A stretch of DNA of 64,000 nucleotides from Eukaryota sp. GEM-RC1 (lineage: Eukaryota), in the NCBI GenBank assembly GCA_040285855.1, contig JAUFOQ010000005.1, forward strand, positions 1,736,001 to 1,800,000, read 5' to 3'. Below, piece after piece: positions 47,302 to 60,524 of this stretch. The notes under the pieces were generated by a model, which made no database searches, was not told the origin of the DNA, and worked only from the letters and a program-made list of their open reading frames with translations. The translations under genes and the position numbers were made by a program. The stretch's first letter is position 1. Each line of letters begins with the position of its first letter.

Positions 47302-50300
47302 ATACATGTACGTATATAGTATGTTTTTGTCATCGTCTATACACAATTTTTTCAGGTTATCAGAATCAAAGTACTTAAAGAACAGGACTCAGTTCTGTTA
47401 TTTAAATTGAGAATCTTAATCAATTTCCACAAATAAGAAAACATAATGTTGTTTACAATCACAACTGTAGAACAGAATCAGTACGATATAATATCTATAT
47501 TTTGTCTCATTCTCTAGAAGTTCGCGTCTTTTTCAATTCCCTAAGTCATTTAGTTATACTTCTTGGTTTATATTTTCTAGCCGAACTATACAACAACGAA
47601 AACCGAAACCCGTGTAAGTCAATGTTCTGTAGTAACAAAGGAGATATCATCAGCTCTACATCAACCTCACAAATGATCAATTGTCATAGTAATTGTTGTA
47701 CATATAACAGTTGTTTGTTATTTACTTGAAGATACACCTACAGAGATCGTAAAATTGTATTTATTCCAGTTTTCACTTCGTTCCAGCCAGTGAAGGGTGT
47801 ACTCTTTGTGCACTCCCCCAATCAAAACCACACTTCAGACCTCTTGAAAGAGAAGAATGGCTTCGTGTGTTCCAAAGAAGAAGAATAAGAAATGTAATGT
47901 TGATGTATGCAGGGGTGTCAATACAGGATTGGTTTTCCAATACTGCAATCAGTATCGCTCCAATAATTACTGCCGTTATTTGATGTGGTTCAGCATTTAA
48001 TGTAACTATCTGGAGATATTGCAGCATTGCCAATATACTTTGAGTTGATTGTTTCGTTTTTTAACTTCAATATTTTGTACTTTCCTTCAAACAAGACCCG
48101 ATTGTGTTGTTTTATGTATTTAATTATAAAAGTATTATTTTATGACAGTTGTTACTATTTGTTTTTTTGTCTAATGTTTCTAATTGTGTCGATAATGAAA
48201 AAACAAAAACGGTGACTAAAGTTTTGAAGGACAATTTTACTACTACTGCACTCTTCACAAAGAATTAGTCTGAATTCATAATGGGTTTGTATCACTTATA
48301 AGTCTGAATCAGACTAATTATTGTTTGACCTCGTGAGGAGTGTTCATTACGGTTCAGTTAAATGGTGTTGTAGCCCTTTTGCAACTTTTGTTCCTAGACA
48401 CTTTGACTTACTTGACGTATTCAGCCCGTGTCATCCATTATTAGCACTTGCACGAAAGACAATTCGGCCACTTATCAATTTTCAAGAGGTACTGCGGTAG
48501 CGGATCAGTGCTGTTTGTGGATTTCTTTGGTATTCATACACTATTTAAGGTGTTCGTCACCAGATCTTTGTTAGACAAATGAAGCAGAATCTGAAAATCC
48601 GTAACTATAACAAACTGGTTAATTCTGACACTTTTTGTATAGTGTGGAGGTATTTTAAGTTGATGAGCCAACAAGTACTAATTGTATAATACACTGTCCA
48701 AAAAGGTGAAACTCTTCATACACCTCATTTTGCTTACTTTTGTTTAGTGTATATCCATGATTCTCGAACTAAACCGATTTTGAAGTATTTTTCTCTCTTT
48801 CATCGAGGTTTTACCCATCTGATCTACTCATTGTCTCTACTTAAACCAGAGTTTGCTGTTTTTGAGAGGTATCATGTATAACAATAACCGATTTTTACAC
48901 ACAAAGAAGTTTCTCTTTTAAGGTGCAGTGGATTATAACATTGATTTGCACAGCTTACATACATCATTGCAATGGAGGTGCAACGATACAGTAGAAGTGA
49001 TGTCCGTCTATTCAGAGTGATTGTTAACGAAAGAGTTTTCACCATGTTAGATCTATTTTCATGTATAGTAGTTGTAGACATGCAACTCAGATCATAAATT
49101 TCAGCCTTTTAGCCCGCGCCTATTTTGAAGACGAAATGAATGAGTCAAACAACTTATCAGCATCTAATATGACACTTAAGTAAAATGTGAAGTACACCAT
49201 TTCAGAACCATATTCTAGGATGGTTTCTATATCATGAGCAAATATAAATTGGGTGTATATTGTGATTTTATTGTAGAGAACGTTTGCAACATCATATCAA
49301 TTGTTTAAGCTAGATTTTGTATCAATCAATGATGAACTGACGGGTATTGATCTGATTACTGTTGATGGTTGCAAAAAGTGCATTTACGCATACTGACAAT
49401 GAAGTTTCTCCACTTCATTTTTCACAACAATTCAAGAGAAACAAATATGATATTCCCCCGGCTGTTCTCAAACATAAAGAGAAAGTTTTTTTATTGGAAG
49501 AAGAAAAAAGGCAACCAGGACAAAGGACACAGTTGAATGAATTTAAACGTTTTACTACGAGTTCAATATTATATGATGTTGTTTCAATGACAATTATCCA
49601 AGAATGTTTTATGTAGGATGAAAAAATTCGCTCACAGTAACGCTATTCTTCTGAATAGAGAATTCTTGGTTATAAAACCAAGTGGAGATACAGATTAAAG
49701 TAAGATTGCGGATTTCATGGGAAAATCGAACCAATTATAAATATCTTTGTCTAACTCAATTATGAGAAACAAGAGCAGAAGTCATTTGATCGTTTCTTGG
49801 TTGTTCTCTCAGGAAATAATTGTGAACTTTACTAATGTTGATCCGTGTAACTCAACTTCTGTTAACAGAATTTTAGACGAAAACTATTCATCTCTTGAAA
49901 CTGTTCAAAAAAAAGACAGATCGTTATGTTGAATTAATTTCCAAGATTAATTCTCGCCGACACAATCCTTTTGTTTTGCATTCTTTTGCTATTTCTCTTT
50001 ATGGGACGTTTGGCTTCTCGGTCAACAATTTCTCACAGATTTTGGCAGATTGTGTAAGCAGTATGGAAAGAATTTTAATGAAAGTTACTGGAGAGGAAGG
50101 TTGTCGTTTTCCCTTTCAAAGCATTGCCTGGGTATTTTGATTCGATTTTGAACCATCTTTTGCATTGAGACATGAATTTGAGATGATGTAGAGGGATTGG
50201 TATCGCATTTATTGATATTGATGATACATTGTAGTTTGTGTTTGTATGAGTACTAGTAAATAACATGCGTTTTCAGATTATACTAATAATAGAAAGTCCT

Positions 50301-50346
50301 CATTTCTTAGACCTTCAATAGTCATCCCACGCTCTGATCCTTTGAA

Positions 50347-52061
50347 ATGAGTCGTTCGCTCCCTTCCACTGTCTCCTGTGTGGTGTCTAACTGTGATGAA
50401 CTGTCGATATTAGCTTCATCCACTCCTCCTCCCTCTAAACGCATCCATGCTCAGCAGACTTTATTGGTTCTCATCCATCTCCACTTGCTGAGACGTCTTC
50501 TCAAGCGTAATTTTGAAGATAATCATGATGGAACTAATCGTCAACTCGGAGGTTTAAAAACAGCATTACCTACATTCTTTGGACAAGTTGGTTATGTAAG
50601 TCACCACTTCCTCGATTCTTCATTCCAAGCAGTTAAAGTCTATTTTCAATTACACACCTTTCATGCTGATCTTGAACACCTTCCCAAACTAACTTCACTT
50701 GCTTCTTTTTTTTTGGAGTGGATCAACAATCTGTTTTCTTACACTCTGGCGAAACTTTTGAACTTGAGATGTTTCTTAGTTATTCTGGTATAATTACAGG
50801 ATTGAGAATCGTACTAGTAGAACCCTCTGATTTAGAGTTTCTAAATAATTCTTCTTCTTTATTTCCACGTCTTAAGCAGCTAGAAGTAGAAGTAACGAGA
50901 CGAAACACCTCTGTTTCTATGTTATTGATTGAAGCGCTGAAAACCAATACCACAGTTACAGGTATTGATCTGAGATACAACTATATTGGAGCTAAAGGTG
51001 CCCAAGCTTTGGCAGAGGCGTTGAAAGTTAATGCTTCAGTTACAAGTATTGATCTGACAAACAACTATATTGGAGCTGAAGGTGCCCAAGCTTTGGCAGA
51101 GGCGTTGAAAGTTAATGCTTCAGTTACAAGTATTGGTCTTTGTACAAACCGTATCGGAGATGAAGGTGCCAGAGCTTTGGCAGATGCGTTGAAAGTTAAT
51201 GCTTCAGTTTTAAGTGTTGAGCTTCGTACAAACCGTATCGGAGATGAAGGTGCCCGAGCTTTGGCAGAGGCGTTGAAAGTTAATACAACAATTACAAGTA
51301 TTGATCTCAGTTGCAGCTCTATTGAAGCTGAAGGTGCTAGAGCTTTGGCAGATGCATTAAAGGTTAATGCTTCAGTTACAAATGTTAATCTAACTAGCAA
51401 CTGTATTGGAGCTGAAGGTGCCAGAGTTTTGGCAGAGGCGTTGAAAGTTAATGCTTCAATTACAAGTATTGATCTAAGTTGCAGCTCTATTAGAGCTGAA
51501 GGTGCCAGAGCTTTGGCAGAGGCGTTAAAGGTTAATGCTTCAGTTACAAGTGTTATTCTAACTAGCAACAATATTGGTGATGAAGGTGCAAGAGCTTTGG
51601 CTTATGCGTTGGCAGTTAATGCTTTAATTACAAGTATTGATTTAAGTTACAACTATATTGGAGCTGAAGGTGTTAGAGCTTTGGCAGAGGCGTTAAAGGT
51701 TAATGCTTCAGTTACAAGTATTTATCTCAGCTCCAACACTATTGGTGATGAAGGTGCCAGAGCTTTGGCAGAGGCGTTGCAAGTGAATGCTTCAGTTACC
51801 AGTGTTGATCTAGGTGGAACCTCTATTGAAGATGAAGGTGTCAGAGCTTTGGCAGATGCCCTGAAAGTTAATGCTTCAATTACAGGTGTTGATCTAAACG
51901 AAAACTTAATTAGAGATGAAGGTGCTAGAGCTTTGGCAGATGCATTAAAAGTTAATGCTTCAGTTACAAGTATTGATCTGAGGAACAGCCACATTGGAGC
52001 TGAAGGTGCTAGAGCTTTGACAGAGGCGTTGAAAGTTAATACCATAGTTCACATAGATTAA
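50347..52061 (+). CDS. LRR gene G (duplicate of C), 13 LRRs; frameshift at T9 tract 50706-50714
   Basis: Translated ORFs identical to those of gene C. Confidence 0.8.
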
Positions 52062-52304
52062 ATACTTGTACGTATATTGTATATTTTTGTCATCGTCTAT
52101 ATACAATTTTTTCAGGTTATCAGATTCAAAGTAATTTTCAATAAGATTCAGTCCTATTATTCAAATTGAGAATCTGAATACCATTACTTTGTTCTTTCTT
52201 GACATAACATCAACAGCTTCCACACGCCATAATCATATCAACGATATTCTCGAAGATAAATCCATGATTAAAAGTATAAACAGTCACCTCCATAATAATT
52301 TCGT

Positions 52305-53015
52305 AAAAAAAATTGTTGAATTTGTTGGTTATAACTGAAGATCTTCAAAAAATGAGAGAATAAAGGAAGAACAAGACGCAGCTAACAGCAATCAATCAAA
52401 TTAGAGACCATCCAAGTCCAATCAAACTAATCCGTTCAGTATTGGCATCCTAATCCTCAGGTCCTCTAAGTGTGCTACCAAGCAACATGGCACACACTTT
52501 GGTCTTTGCCTGGTCATTGAGACTCCTACATCATCATCCCTCAAGATCAAGAACATAGTCACTGGTATAGAAAACCAAGCTAGCATACATCAATGTAAGC
52601 CGGACAACTCCGACCTTCCATCTAACAATGGTATACATCAACAAGTTGCAACAGGTGATTCAGGAACAACATGTCATCTTCCAAGTGTTGGAACAGTTCC
52701 ACTCACGTAAAGGACTTATGTGTTTTTTCTGTGGATTGGCGGTGATATCACAACAGTTTCCTCTTCTAGCATTAAAAAAACTGAAGCTTATATCGAGGTT
52801 TTAAAAAATAATTCTAATCCTCCATAATTTTCCAGAAAGTGTTATCCAAGGCTAAATTTATTAAAACTCCAATAGCAAAGAGAACTCAAAGAAGCGTTGT
52901 CTCGAAGAATAAGAAGAAGTAGTAGTAGCGTAGGTATGTAATAGTTAACTGCAATCATAAACCATCTTAATTTCATTCCATACTTCCGTATCACTCCGAC
53001 TTCTTACAACCTTAA
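52305..53015 (+). pseudogene. Duplicate of the gypsy integrase relic at 27060-27770
   Basis: Near-identical sequence at offset about 25245. Confidence 0.8.
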
Positions 53016-53665
53016 AGCATCACTATAACAAATTTAAACAGTTCAATTGTCCACATCCAACCAAGATTCTTCTTTACATGATTTACTAGAAAGACGCATC
53101 TCATCTACTTAGGAATGGTGATTTCAAGGGCAAAATACAATGAATCTTTACTAAATCTTTGAAGACATTGGTCTACCAGTTTTGGAATGTGTTTCTGTTT
53201 TTGGTCTTTTCTGACATTCAAAAAGGAGGCTTTCTGTATAAATTCTGTATATTGATTGAATTAATTCAAAGTAAGAGCATACTGTGATTACTGACAGTGT
53301 TCTCCCTTTCCAAGATGACTAACCAGAATCATTCAAAACGGTGTACTTGTGCAAACGTATAAATCAAAATAACTTCAACCAAAACTTGAGAAGAATCTGA
53401 GAATGAAGCAGTTAGATCATCTCAATGCAAATAAAACACCATATTATCCTTTTAGATGAAAATCAATTTCTCGTTGAATAAGTGACAAGCTATCCAATAC
53501 TGATAAGTAATACAGATATTTTGAAAACCACAGTACGTCATTTTGATGGCAAATCTCATACCGTCTCCAAGAATGATTCATGATGGATAAAAGGATTAAC
53601 TAACAGAACTGTTCTTCTGGTGACTGGAGAGTTCGAACGGTGCTTGCTTTCAAAACCAAGTTGAC

Positions 53666-55538
53666 ATGATTAAGTTTGAGGGAATGCAGAAAGTTTCTTC
53701 TGGATCAATAGCCTCAACTCGCCCTGATCCTTTGTTGAAAAGGAGTTGTTCATCCCCCTTCCAGTGTCTCCTATCTGATGTTTGACTGTGAAGAACTGTC
53801 TGTATTGTCTTCATCCACACCTCCTCCCTCTAAAAGCATCCATGCTCAGCAGACTTTATTGGTTCTTATCCATCTCCACTTGCTGAGACGTCTTCTCAAG
53901 CGTACTTTCGAAGATAATCATGATGGAACTAATCCTCTACTCAGAGGTTTGAAAACAGCATTACCTACATTCTTTGGACAAGTTGGCTATGTAAGTAATC
54001 ACTTCCTTGATTCTTCATTCCAAGCAGTCAAACTGTATGTTCAATTACACACCTTTCACGCTGATCTTGAACATCTTCCCAAACTAATTTTACTTGCTGC
54101 TTTCTTTGGAGTGGATGAACAATCTGTTTTCTTACACTGTGACAAAACATTTGAACGTGAGGAATTTCTCAATTATTCTGGTATAATTACAGGATTGAGA
54201 ATCGTACTAAGGGAACCCTCTGATTTGGAGTTTCTCAATAATAATTCTTCTTTATTTCCACGTCTTAAGCAGCTAGAAGTAGAAGTAACGAGACGAAACA
54301 CCTCTGTTTCTATGTTATTGATTGAAGCGCTGAAAACCAATACCACAGTTACAAGTGTTAATCTGGGTTTCAACTATATTGGAGCTGAAGGTGCCCGAGC
54401 TTTGGCAGAGGCGTTGAAAGTTAATGCTTCAGTTACAAGTGTTGATCTGAGATATAACTCTATTGGAGCTGAAGGTGCCCGAGCTTTGGCAGAGGCGTTG
54501 AAAGTTAATGCTTCAGTTACAAGTGTTGATCTACGTACAAACCGTATCGGAGATGAAGGTGCCAGAGCTTTGGCAGAGGCGTTGAAAGTTAATGATTCAG
54601 TTACAAGTGTTAAACTGATTTACAACTCTATTGGAGATGAAGGTGCCCGAGCTTTGGCAGAGGCGTTGAAGGTTAATGCTTCAGTTACAAGTATTGATCT
54701 CAGTTGCAGCTCTATTGAAGCTGAAGGTGCCAGAGCTTTGGCAGAGGCGTTGAAGGTTAATGCTTCAGTTACAAATGTTAATCTAACTAGCAGCTCTATT
54801 GGAGCTGAAGGTGCCAGAGCTTTGGCAGAGGCGTTGAAGGTTAATGCTTCAGTTACAAATGTTAATCTAACTAGCAGCTCTATTGGTGATGAAGGTGCCA
54901 GAGATTTGGCAGAGGCGTTGACAGTTAATACTTCAGTTTCAAGTGTTACCTTGCGTTTCAATTCCATTGGAGCTGAAGGTGCCAGTGCTTTGGCTTATGC
55001 GTTGACAGTTAATGCTTCAGTTACAAATGTTAATCTAACTAGCAGCTCTATTGGTGATGAAGGTGCCAGAGCTTTGGCAGAGGTGTTGAAAGTTAATACT
55101 TCAGTTACAAGTATTGATCTAGGTAAAAACTCTATTGGAGATGAAGGTGCCAGAGCTTTGGCAGAGGCGTTGAAAGTTAATGCTTCAATTACAGGTGTTG
55201 ACCTAAGCGAAAACTTAATTAGAGATGAAGGTGTCAGAGCTTTGGCAGAGGCGTTGAAAGTTAATGCTTCAATTACAGGTGTTGACCTAAGCGAAAACTT
55301 AATTAGAGATGAAGGTGTCAGAGCTTTGGCAGAGGCGTTGAAAGTTAATGCTTCAATTACAGGTGTTGACCTAAGCAAAAACTTAATTAGAGATGAAGGT
55401 GCTAGAGCTTTGGCACAGGCGTTGAAAGTTAATACTTCAGTTACAAGTATTGATCTGAGATACAACGATATTGGACATGAAGGTGCCAGAGCTTTGGCAG
55501 AGGCGTTGAAAGTTAATACCTTAGTTCACATAGATTAA
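53666..55538 (+). CDS. LRR gene H (duplicate of D), 14 LRRs; one extra C near 53755
   Basis: ORF 53778-55538 identical to D from MFDCEEL onward; C5 versus C4 in D breaks the N-terminal extension. Confidence 0.88.
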
Positions 55539-56294
55539 ATACATGAACGTATATATTATATTTTTGTCATCGTCTATACACAGTTTTTTCCAGGTTATCA
55601 AAATCAAAGTACTTAAAAAGAGAATTTAGTCATGTTATTTAAATTGATAATCTGAAGCAATTTCCACAAATACCAAAACAAAATGTTGTTGACAATCACA
55701 ACTGTAGAATAGAATCAGTACGTTATCATATCTATATTTTTTCTCATTCTCTAGAAGTTCGCGTCTTTTCGATTCCCTAAGTCATTTGGTTATATAACTT
55801 CGCGGTTTATGTTTTGTTGTCAAACTATACAACAACGAAAAACGAATCCCGTGTTAGTCAATGTTCTGTAGTAACAAAGGAGATATCATCAGCTCTACAT
55901 CAACCTCATAAATGACCAATTGTCATAGTAATTGTTGCACATAGAACAGTTGTTTGTTATTTCACACTTGAAGATACACCTACAGAGATCGTAAAATTGT
56001 ATTTATTCCAGTTTTCACTTCGTTCCAGCCAGTGAAGGGTGTACTCTTTGTGCACTCTCCCAATCAAAACCACACGTCAGACCTCTTGAAAGAGAAGAAT
56101 GGCTTCGTGTGTTCCAAAGAAGAAGAATAAGAAATGTAATGTTGATGTATGCAGGGGTGTCAATACAGGATTGGTTTTCCAATACTGCAATCAGTATAGC
56201 TCCAATAATTACTACCGTTAATTGAGGTGGTTTAGCATTTAATGTAACTATCTGGAGATATTGGAGCATTACCAATATACTTTGAGTTGATTGT

Positions 56295-56392
56295 TGATAC
56301 CAGAAGGTATGGGTAAAGAATGGGGGAAGGTAAAAGGTGTTTATAAAGTGAAATAACTGACTACGTAACCATACTAATACCTTTGGCTAACA
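56295..56392 (-). repeat. 3' LTR of gypsy copy 2
   Basis: Same 98-bp sequence as the other LTRs. Confidence 0.95.
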
Positions 56393-57505
56393 TTACCTCT
56401 TCTCTTCTTTCGAGCTCCTTGTTCTCTTAGCCACAGGTATCTTAACGTTGGGTGACTTAGGATTGCTCTTCTTGCTTGAGGTACGTTTAAGCTTAGGCTT
56501 CTTGTTACTAGTCTTGATTTTACTATTACTATGAAATAAATCTACATTTTCTAATTTTACAAATTCACTGTAGGCCTTGGTGTTCTTGATGTCTTTAGTG
56601 GGAACTGATGAGGTATCGCCACCAAACCAGAGGACCGTACAATACTCACCATCGAGTGTATTGAACCTATCCAGGATCTTAACCACGATGTGTTCTTCAG
56701 AATCTCCAGAGGCAATTGCTCTATGGATGTCATGATCAGCTGGAAGATCTGATTGAAAGATCTTGCATTGATGCATGCTAGTCTTACTAACATGACCAGT
56801 GATCAGATTCTTCAAAGACATTGACGACTTCGAATCGATTGATACCACTAGAAAAGGCCCAGAGTAATTACCGTGGAGCTTACTAGTTTTTGAGACTTTC
56901 AAGACAAGATCTCCAATCTTAAATGATTGACTAGACTCAGAATTCTTCTTGGGCTTGACTGACGATTGTCGAATCTCTGCCTCTTCTCTCTTTTTTGTTA
57001 GTCGATCTAGTTTCATTTTAATGTCGTCAATAAACGGAACATTCTTTGTTGATTTCTCAACAGCATCTAGTAAACCACTAGGATCTGCACCGGGACTTAA
57101 ATGGCTACCAAACATCAGTTCGTAGGGAGTATGCCCAGTAACAGAGCTCTTTGTTGCGTTGATTTGCAACTGTACAGTTGGAATGTACGTTGACCAATTG
57201 TCGTAATCATTAAAGTCCACGAGGAGACGACGTAGGCTCTGCAGAACGTCTCTGTGACGTCGTTCCACCAGCCCATTACTCTGCGAGAAATGAGGAATCG
57301 AACGACTTACTTCAATCGCCAGTAGGTTACAAACTGCCTCGAAAATAGCATTGGCAAACTCCGTACCATTATCACTATGGATACACAACGGTATTCCGAA
57401 GATAGCAATTACATCCCACACAAGACAATATGCTACTTCTTTACTGTTGAGTTCTTCAAGGGGGCTCAGAATGGTGTATCTGGTGAAAGAATCTACAAAC
57501 ACCAA
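56393..57505 (-). CDS. Gypsy integrase core, GPY/F motif and chromodomain-like tail
   Basis: VDSFTRY, SDNGTEF, NGLVERR, YSGPFLV, EEHIVVKILD..EYCTVLWFGG. Confidence 0.88.
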   Translation of the reverse strand: MVFVDSFTRYTILSPLEELNSKEVAYCLVWDVIAIFGIPLCIHSDNGTEFANAIFEAVCNLLAIEVSRSIPHFSQSNGLVERRHRDVLQSLRRLLVDFNDYDNWSTYIPTVQLQINATKSSVTGHTPYELMFGSHLSPGADPSGLLDAVEKSTKNVPFIDDIKMKLDRLTKKREEAEIRQSSVKPKKNSESSQSFKIGDLVLKVSKTSKLHGNYSGPFLVVSIDSKSSMSLKNLITGHVSKTSMHQCKIFQSDLPADHDIHRAIASGDSEEHIVVKILDRFNTLDGEYCTVLWFGGDTSSVPTKDIKNTKAYSEFVKLENVDLFHSNSKIKTSNKKPKLKRTSSKKSNPKSPNVKIPVAKRTRSSKEEKR

Positions 57506-57601
57506 GAGGTATTGGTTTCCACTCTGATCTTTTGGAAGTGGACCAATTGTGTCGACGTTGAGTCTAGCAAAGGTCTATCAGCCCACAAGGAACCCGTTGA
57601 T

Positions 57602-60199
57602 TCAATAATCTTTTTGGGAACAGGTGCCGTTTTTTTGACACGAGGGACATTGCTCAACATGTTTCTTCATGTCAGCTTTCATACTTGGCCAAAAGTAACC
57701 ACTATTGCACAGTGTGTCCAAACTTTGTTTCTTGTTTGGATGTCCTGACTGGACTAATCCATGCAGCATGTAAAGAACCTTCTTTACCAAACTGGATGGA
57801 ATCAATATCTTGTTCTTAGAGTTTATGTAAACGTTGCTCGTTGTACACAAAGTCGCGTCAGTGAACAGATGATCTCCTTGTTCTATCGCTTTACGTTGTT
57901 CCAACCTGATGGTTGATAGCCAAGAATCAAATAAAGGGATTTTATTGTCAGATGAGAGGTCACGAAGACACTTGATAGCTAGCACGTTGGTGTTACGTGG
58001 GAGCATCTCAAAATAATCTGCATCATCATAGCGTAAGCCTTCGTGAGAAAGGGTTATATCATTTTTGATGGACAGATTTGAGATCATCAAAGATTTGATT
58101 GATTCAACTGGACGTCGGTCAATGACACGTGACAAAATGTCAGCCCAGTGATTGTTTGTACCAGCTACGTGCACTATCTCAAAATCAAACTCAGATAAAA
58201 TGGGAATCCATCGTTTCACAATGCGATTCTTCTCTGGAGCTGATATTAGATAGGCAAGGTTCCTATGATCAGTGAAGATCGTCAAGTGCCTACTTAACAG
58301 GAAACCTTCTAAACTAGATTCGGTCAGAATCAAGAGAATGGCGTACAACTCTTTCTGGATAGTTGCCCAATTCTGTTGACTATCATTGAGTAAACGGCTA
58401 TAAAAAGACACAGGTCTGACTCTACGTTCTTCTAACGGAGTACCTGGAGGAGCTGGGGGATTTTCTTCCTGCCAGATCACACCACCAACAGCAATGTCGG
58501 ATGCATCAGTTGATATGATAATATTTTTATCAGTATCAGGTAAGTCCAATGCCATGTGGTTTAGTATCTCGGACTTGAGTTGTGCGAGTAAAGCATCATG
58601 GTCTTTAGTCCAAAGAATCTTCTTTGGTTTTCCACGAGTGAGTTCATTGATTGCAGCAGTCAAATTTGAATAATTCGGGATCCATTCGCGAACATAATTT
58701 AATGCGCCAAGTAAACTTCTTACCTCGGGTAATGTTGAAGGAGCTGGAAGCTCAATCAAGGCCGAAACTCTTTTCTCATCAATGCTACGGGTTTTGTTAC
58801 AAAAATTGCTGCCCAGAATCTTATTAGGATGTTTGGAAGTGGTGAACCTACACTTCCGTAATCCAATCCGTACTCTAAAACGTTCTGCTCGTTCCAGTAC
58901 TAGATTTATTCTTGAAATAAACTGTTCGAAAGTGTCACCTACTACAATTATATCGTCTATATAAATGAATACACCTTCCACATCGAATATTTCCATCATG
59001 ATGTTTTGGAAAATCGCTGGTACGTTTTTCAAACCAAAACATGCTCGTTTGAAGCTAATTGACATTCCAGGTATAGACACACTGGTCTTCTCAACATCGT
59101 CCTCAGCTACATTTAGCTGCCAGAATGCTTTAGGAAGGTCGAGTGTTCCAATAAAAATTGCTTTCGAAAGGAACTCTAGAACATCGCAGATCCGAGGTAA
59201 GTTTGGTTTCACCGGTCTGGTATTAGCGTTAATCCCGTCTGGTCCACTGAAGTCACCAGTCAAACGAGGCTTCTTTTTGTGGTCGTTATAAACAACGAGC
59301 ACAATGGGACTACTGAACTTACCAGTCGATGGTACAGCCCATCCTTGTCGTATAAGTTCGTTAAAAATTTCTTCGGCTATACGCTGTTTTTCAGGGTTAA
59401 GCCTTCTAGGAGGACGAAATACAGTGACAGATTCATCGTAAAACGGAATGGTCATCGGCGGACAATCGATACCATCTGGATGTATCTCTTCAGAAAACAC
59501 CTGTTTGTATTTACTGAGTAGGCTCAGAAGCTCCTTTCTTCTATTAGGATCATCCAATTCTATCGAACAACCAGAGTTGTCAATGGTCTCTTCAAATAAA
59601 CTGATGTCAGTTTGAGTGTTGCCGTACAGATCAATATTTAAATTATTTATTGTTGAGGAATTTGATTGAACACTATTGATCGATTCGCATGGTGATTTCA
59701 TTCTACCATCGAATGCACTCTCTGCATTGAGAATTGTGCGATGCTCTTTATCTAATCTGATGACTAGACCATCATCCGTTAGCAACCCCAGTTCTTCTTG
59801 CAAATCTCTGCCAATCAGTAGAATTTTGGTACCAGGTACTACGGGGAGAGTATGCTTAACATGAATCTGGTTAGCTAGGCTGCCAACGTTGAACGTCAGA
59901 ACACCTACTGCACTACCTAAGGATGTTGCACGAATATTATTCGCAGAGATGTAGTCAATACAACTGTCAATCGTTGTCATCTCACAGTGACGAATCAAAT
60001 CTTGGGATATGACTGAGCACGAAGCTGCCGAATCAAACTCTCCAGTCACTGGCACATTGTTAATCAACAATCGAATACACAAGGAACCGTTATCCTTTGA
60101 CTCGATCCCTAAGTTCTGGTTGAGACTTCGAATTGTTTCAACAGATGATGTACTTCTACCCTTGCTTGAATGTGTGTTCAAAGCAGCCAATGGGTTCAT
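57602..60199 (-). CDS. Gypsy pol: protease, reverse transcriptase, RNase H, integrase zinc finger
   Basis: 865-aa ORF with FDSAA, YIDD, TDASD, ELYAI, NHWADILSR, GH..YFWPSM..CPSC. Confidence 0.93.
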   Translation of the reverse strand: MNPLAALNTHSSKGRSTSSVETIRSLNQNLGIESKDNGSLCIRLLINNVPVTGEFDSAASCSVISQDLIRHCEMTTIDSCIDYISANNIRATSLGSAVGVLTFNVGSLANQIHVKHTLPVVPGTKILLIGRDLQEELGLLTDDGLVIRLDKEHRTILNAESAFDGRMKSPCESINSVQSNSSTINNLNIDLYGNTQTDISLFEETIDNSGCSIELDDPNRRKELLSLLSKYKQVFSEEIHPDGIDCPPMTIPFYDESVTVFRPPRRLNPEKQRIAEEIFNELIRQGWAVPSTGKFSSPIVLVVYNDHKKKPRLTGDFSGPDGINANTRPVKPNLPRICDVLEFLSKAIFIGTLDLPKAFWQLNVAEDDVEKTSVSIPGMSISFKRACFGLKNVPAIFQNIMMEIFDVEGVFIYIDDIIVVGDTFEQFISRINLVLERAERFRVRIGLRKCRFTTSKHPNKILGSNFCNKTRSIDEKRVSALIELPAPSTLPEVRSLLGALNYVREWIPNYSNLTAAINELTRGKPKKILWTKDHDALLAQLKSEILNHMALDLPDTDKNIIISTDASDIAVGGVIWQEENPPAPPGTPLEERRVRPVSFYSRLLNDSQQNWATIQKELYAILLILTESSLEGFLLSRHLTIFTDHRNLAYLISAPEKNRIVKRWIPILSEFDFEIVHVAGTNNHWADILSRVIDRRPVESIKSLMISNLSIKNDITLSHEGLRYDDADYFEMLPRNTNVLAIKCLRDLSSDNKIPLFDSWLSTIRLEQRKAIEQGDHLFTDATLCTTSNVYINSKNKILIPSSLVKKVLYMLHGLVQSGHPNKKQSLDTLCNSGYFWPSMKADMKKHVEQCPSCQKNGTCSQKDY

Positions 60200-60524
60200 G
60201 TACTTTGTCGGTGTAGGATGTATAGAATGTAACTTTGAAATCTGAACAATGTAATTATTTGATTTATTAAAATTATTAGGACGATTTGGTCGACCTCTAT
60301 TACTATCACTATCACCAGACCTACGTTTTAAGGGCTTTCCATTAGAGTCTCTAGGAGTCAGAGCACTGAATTTGCCACGACGGCATTCAGACGAGAGATG
60401 ACCGGGGATGCCGCAATTGAAACATTTAATTGGGGACTTATCATCTTGAGACTGGGGTCTACCAAATTTGGGACCATAGTTTCTAGGGTGGAGGCCACGT
60501 TTTCTTGGGAAATCTTGTCTACCT

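Noticed and set aside
10204..55465. Long minus-strand ORFs over LRR genes (..TFNASAKALAPSSPIE..)
   Set aside because: Antisense shadows of the 84-bp repeat; they begin and end erratically with module variants.
9543..60199. Diversity-generating retroelement (RT next to hypervariable genes)
   Set aside because: The RTs are ordinary gypsy and non-LTR types with their own TSDs, no non-coding template repeat is visible, and variation is not restricted to adenines.
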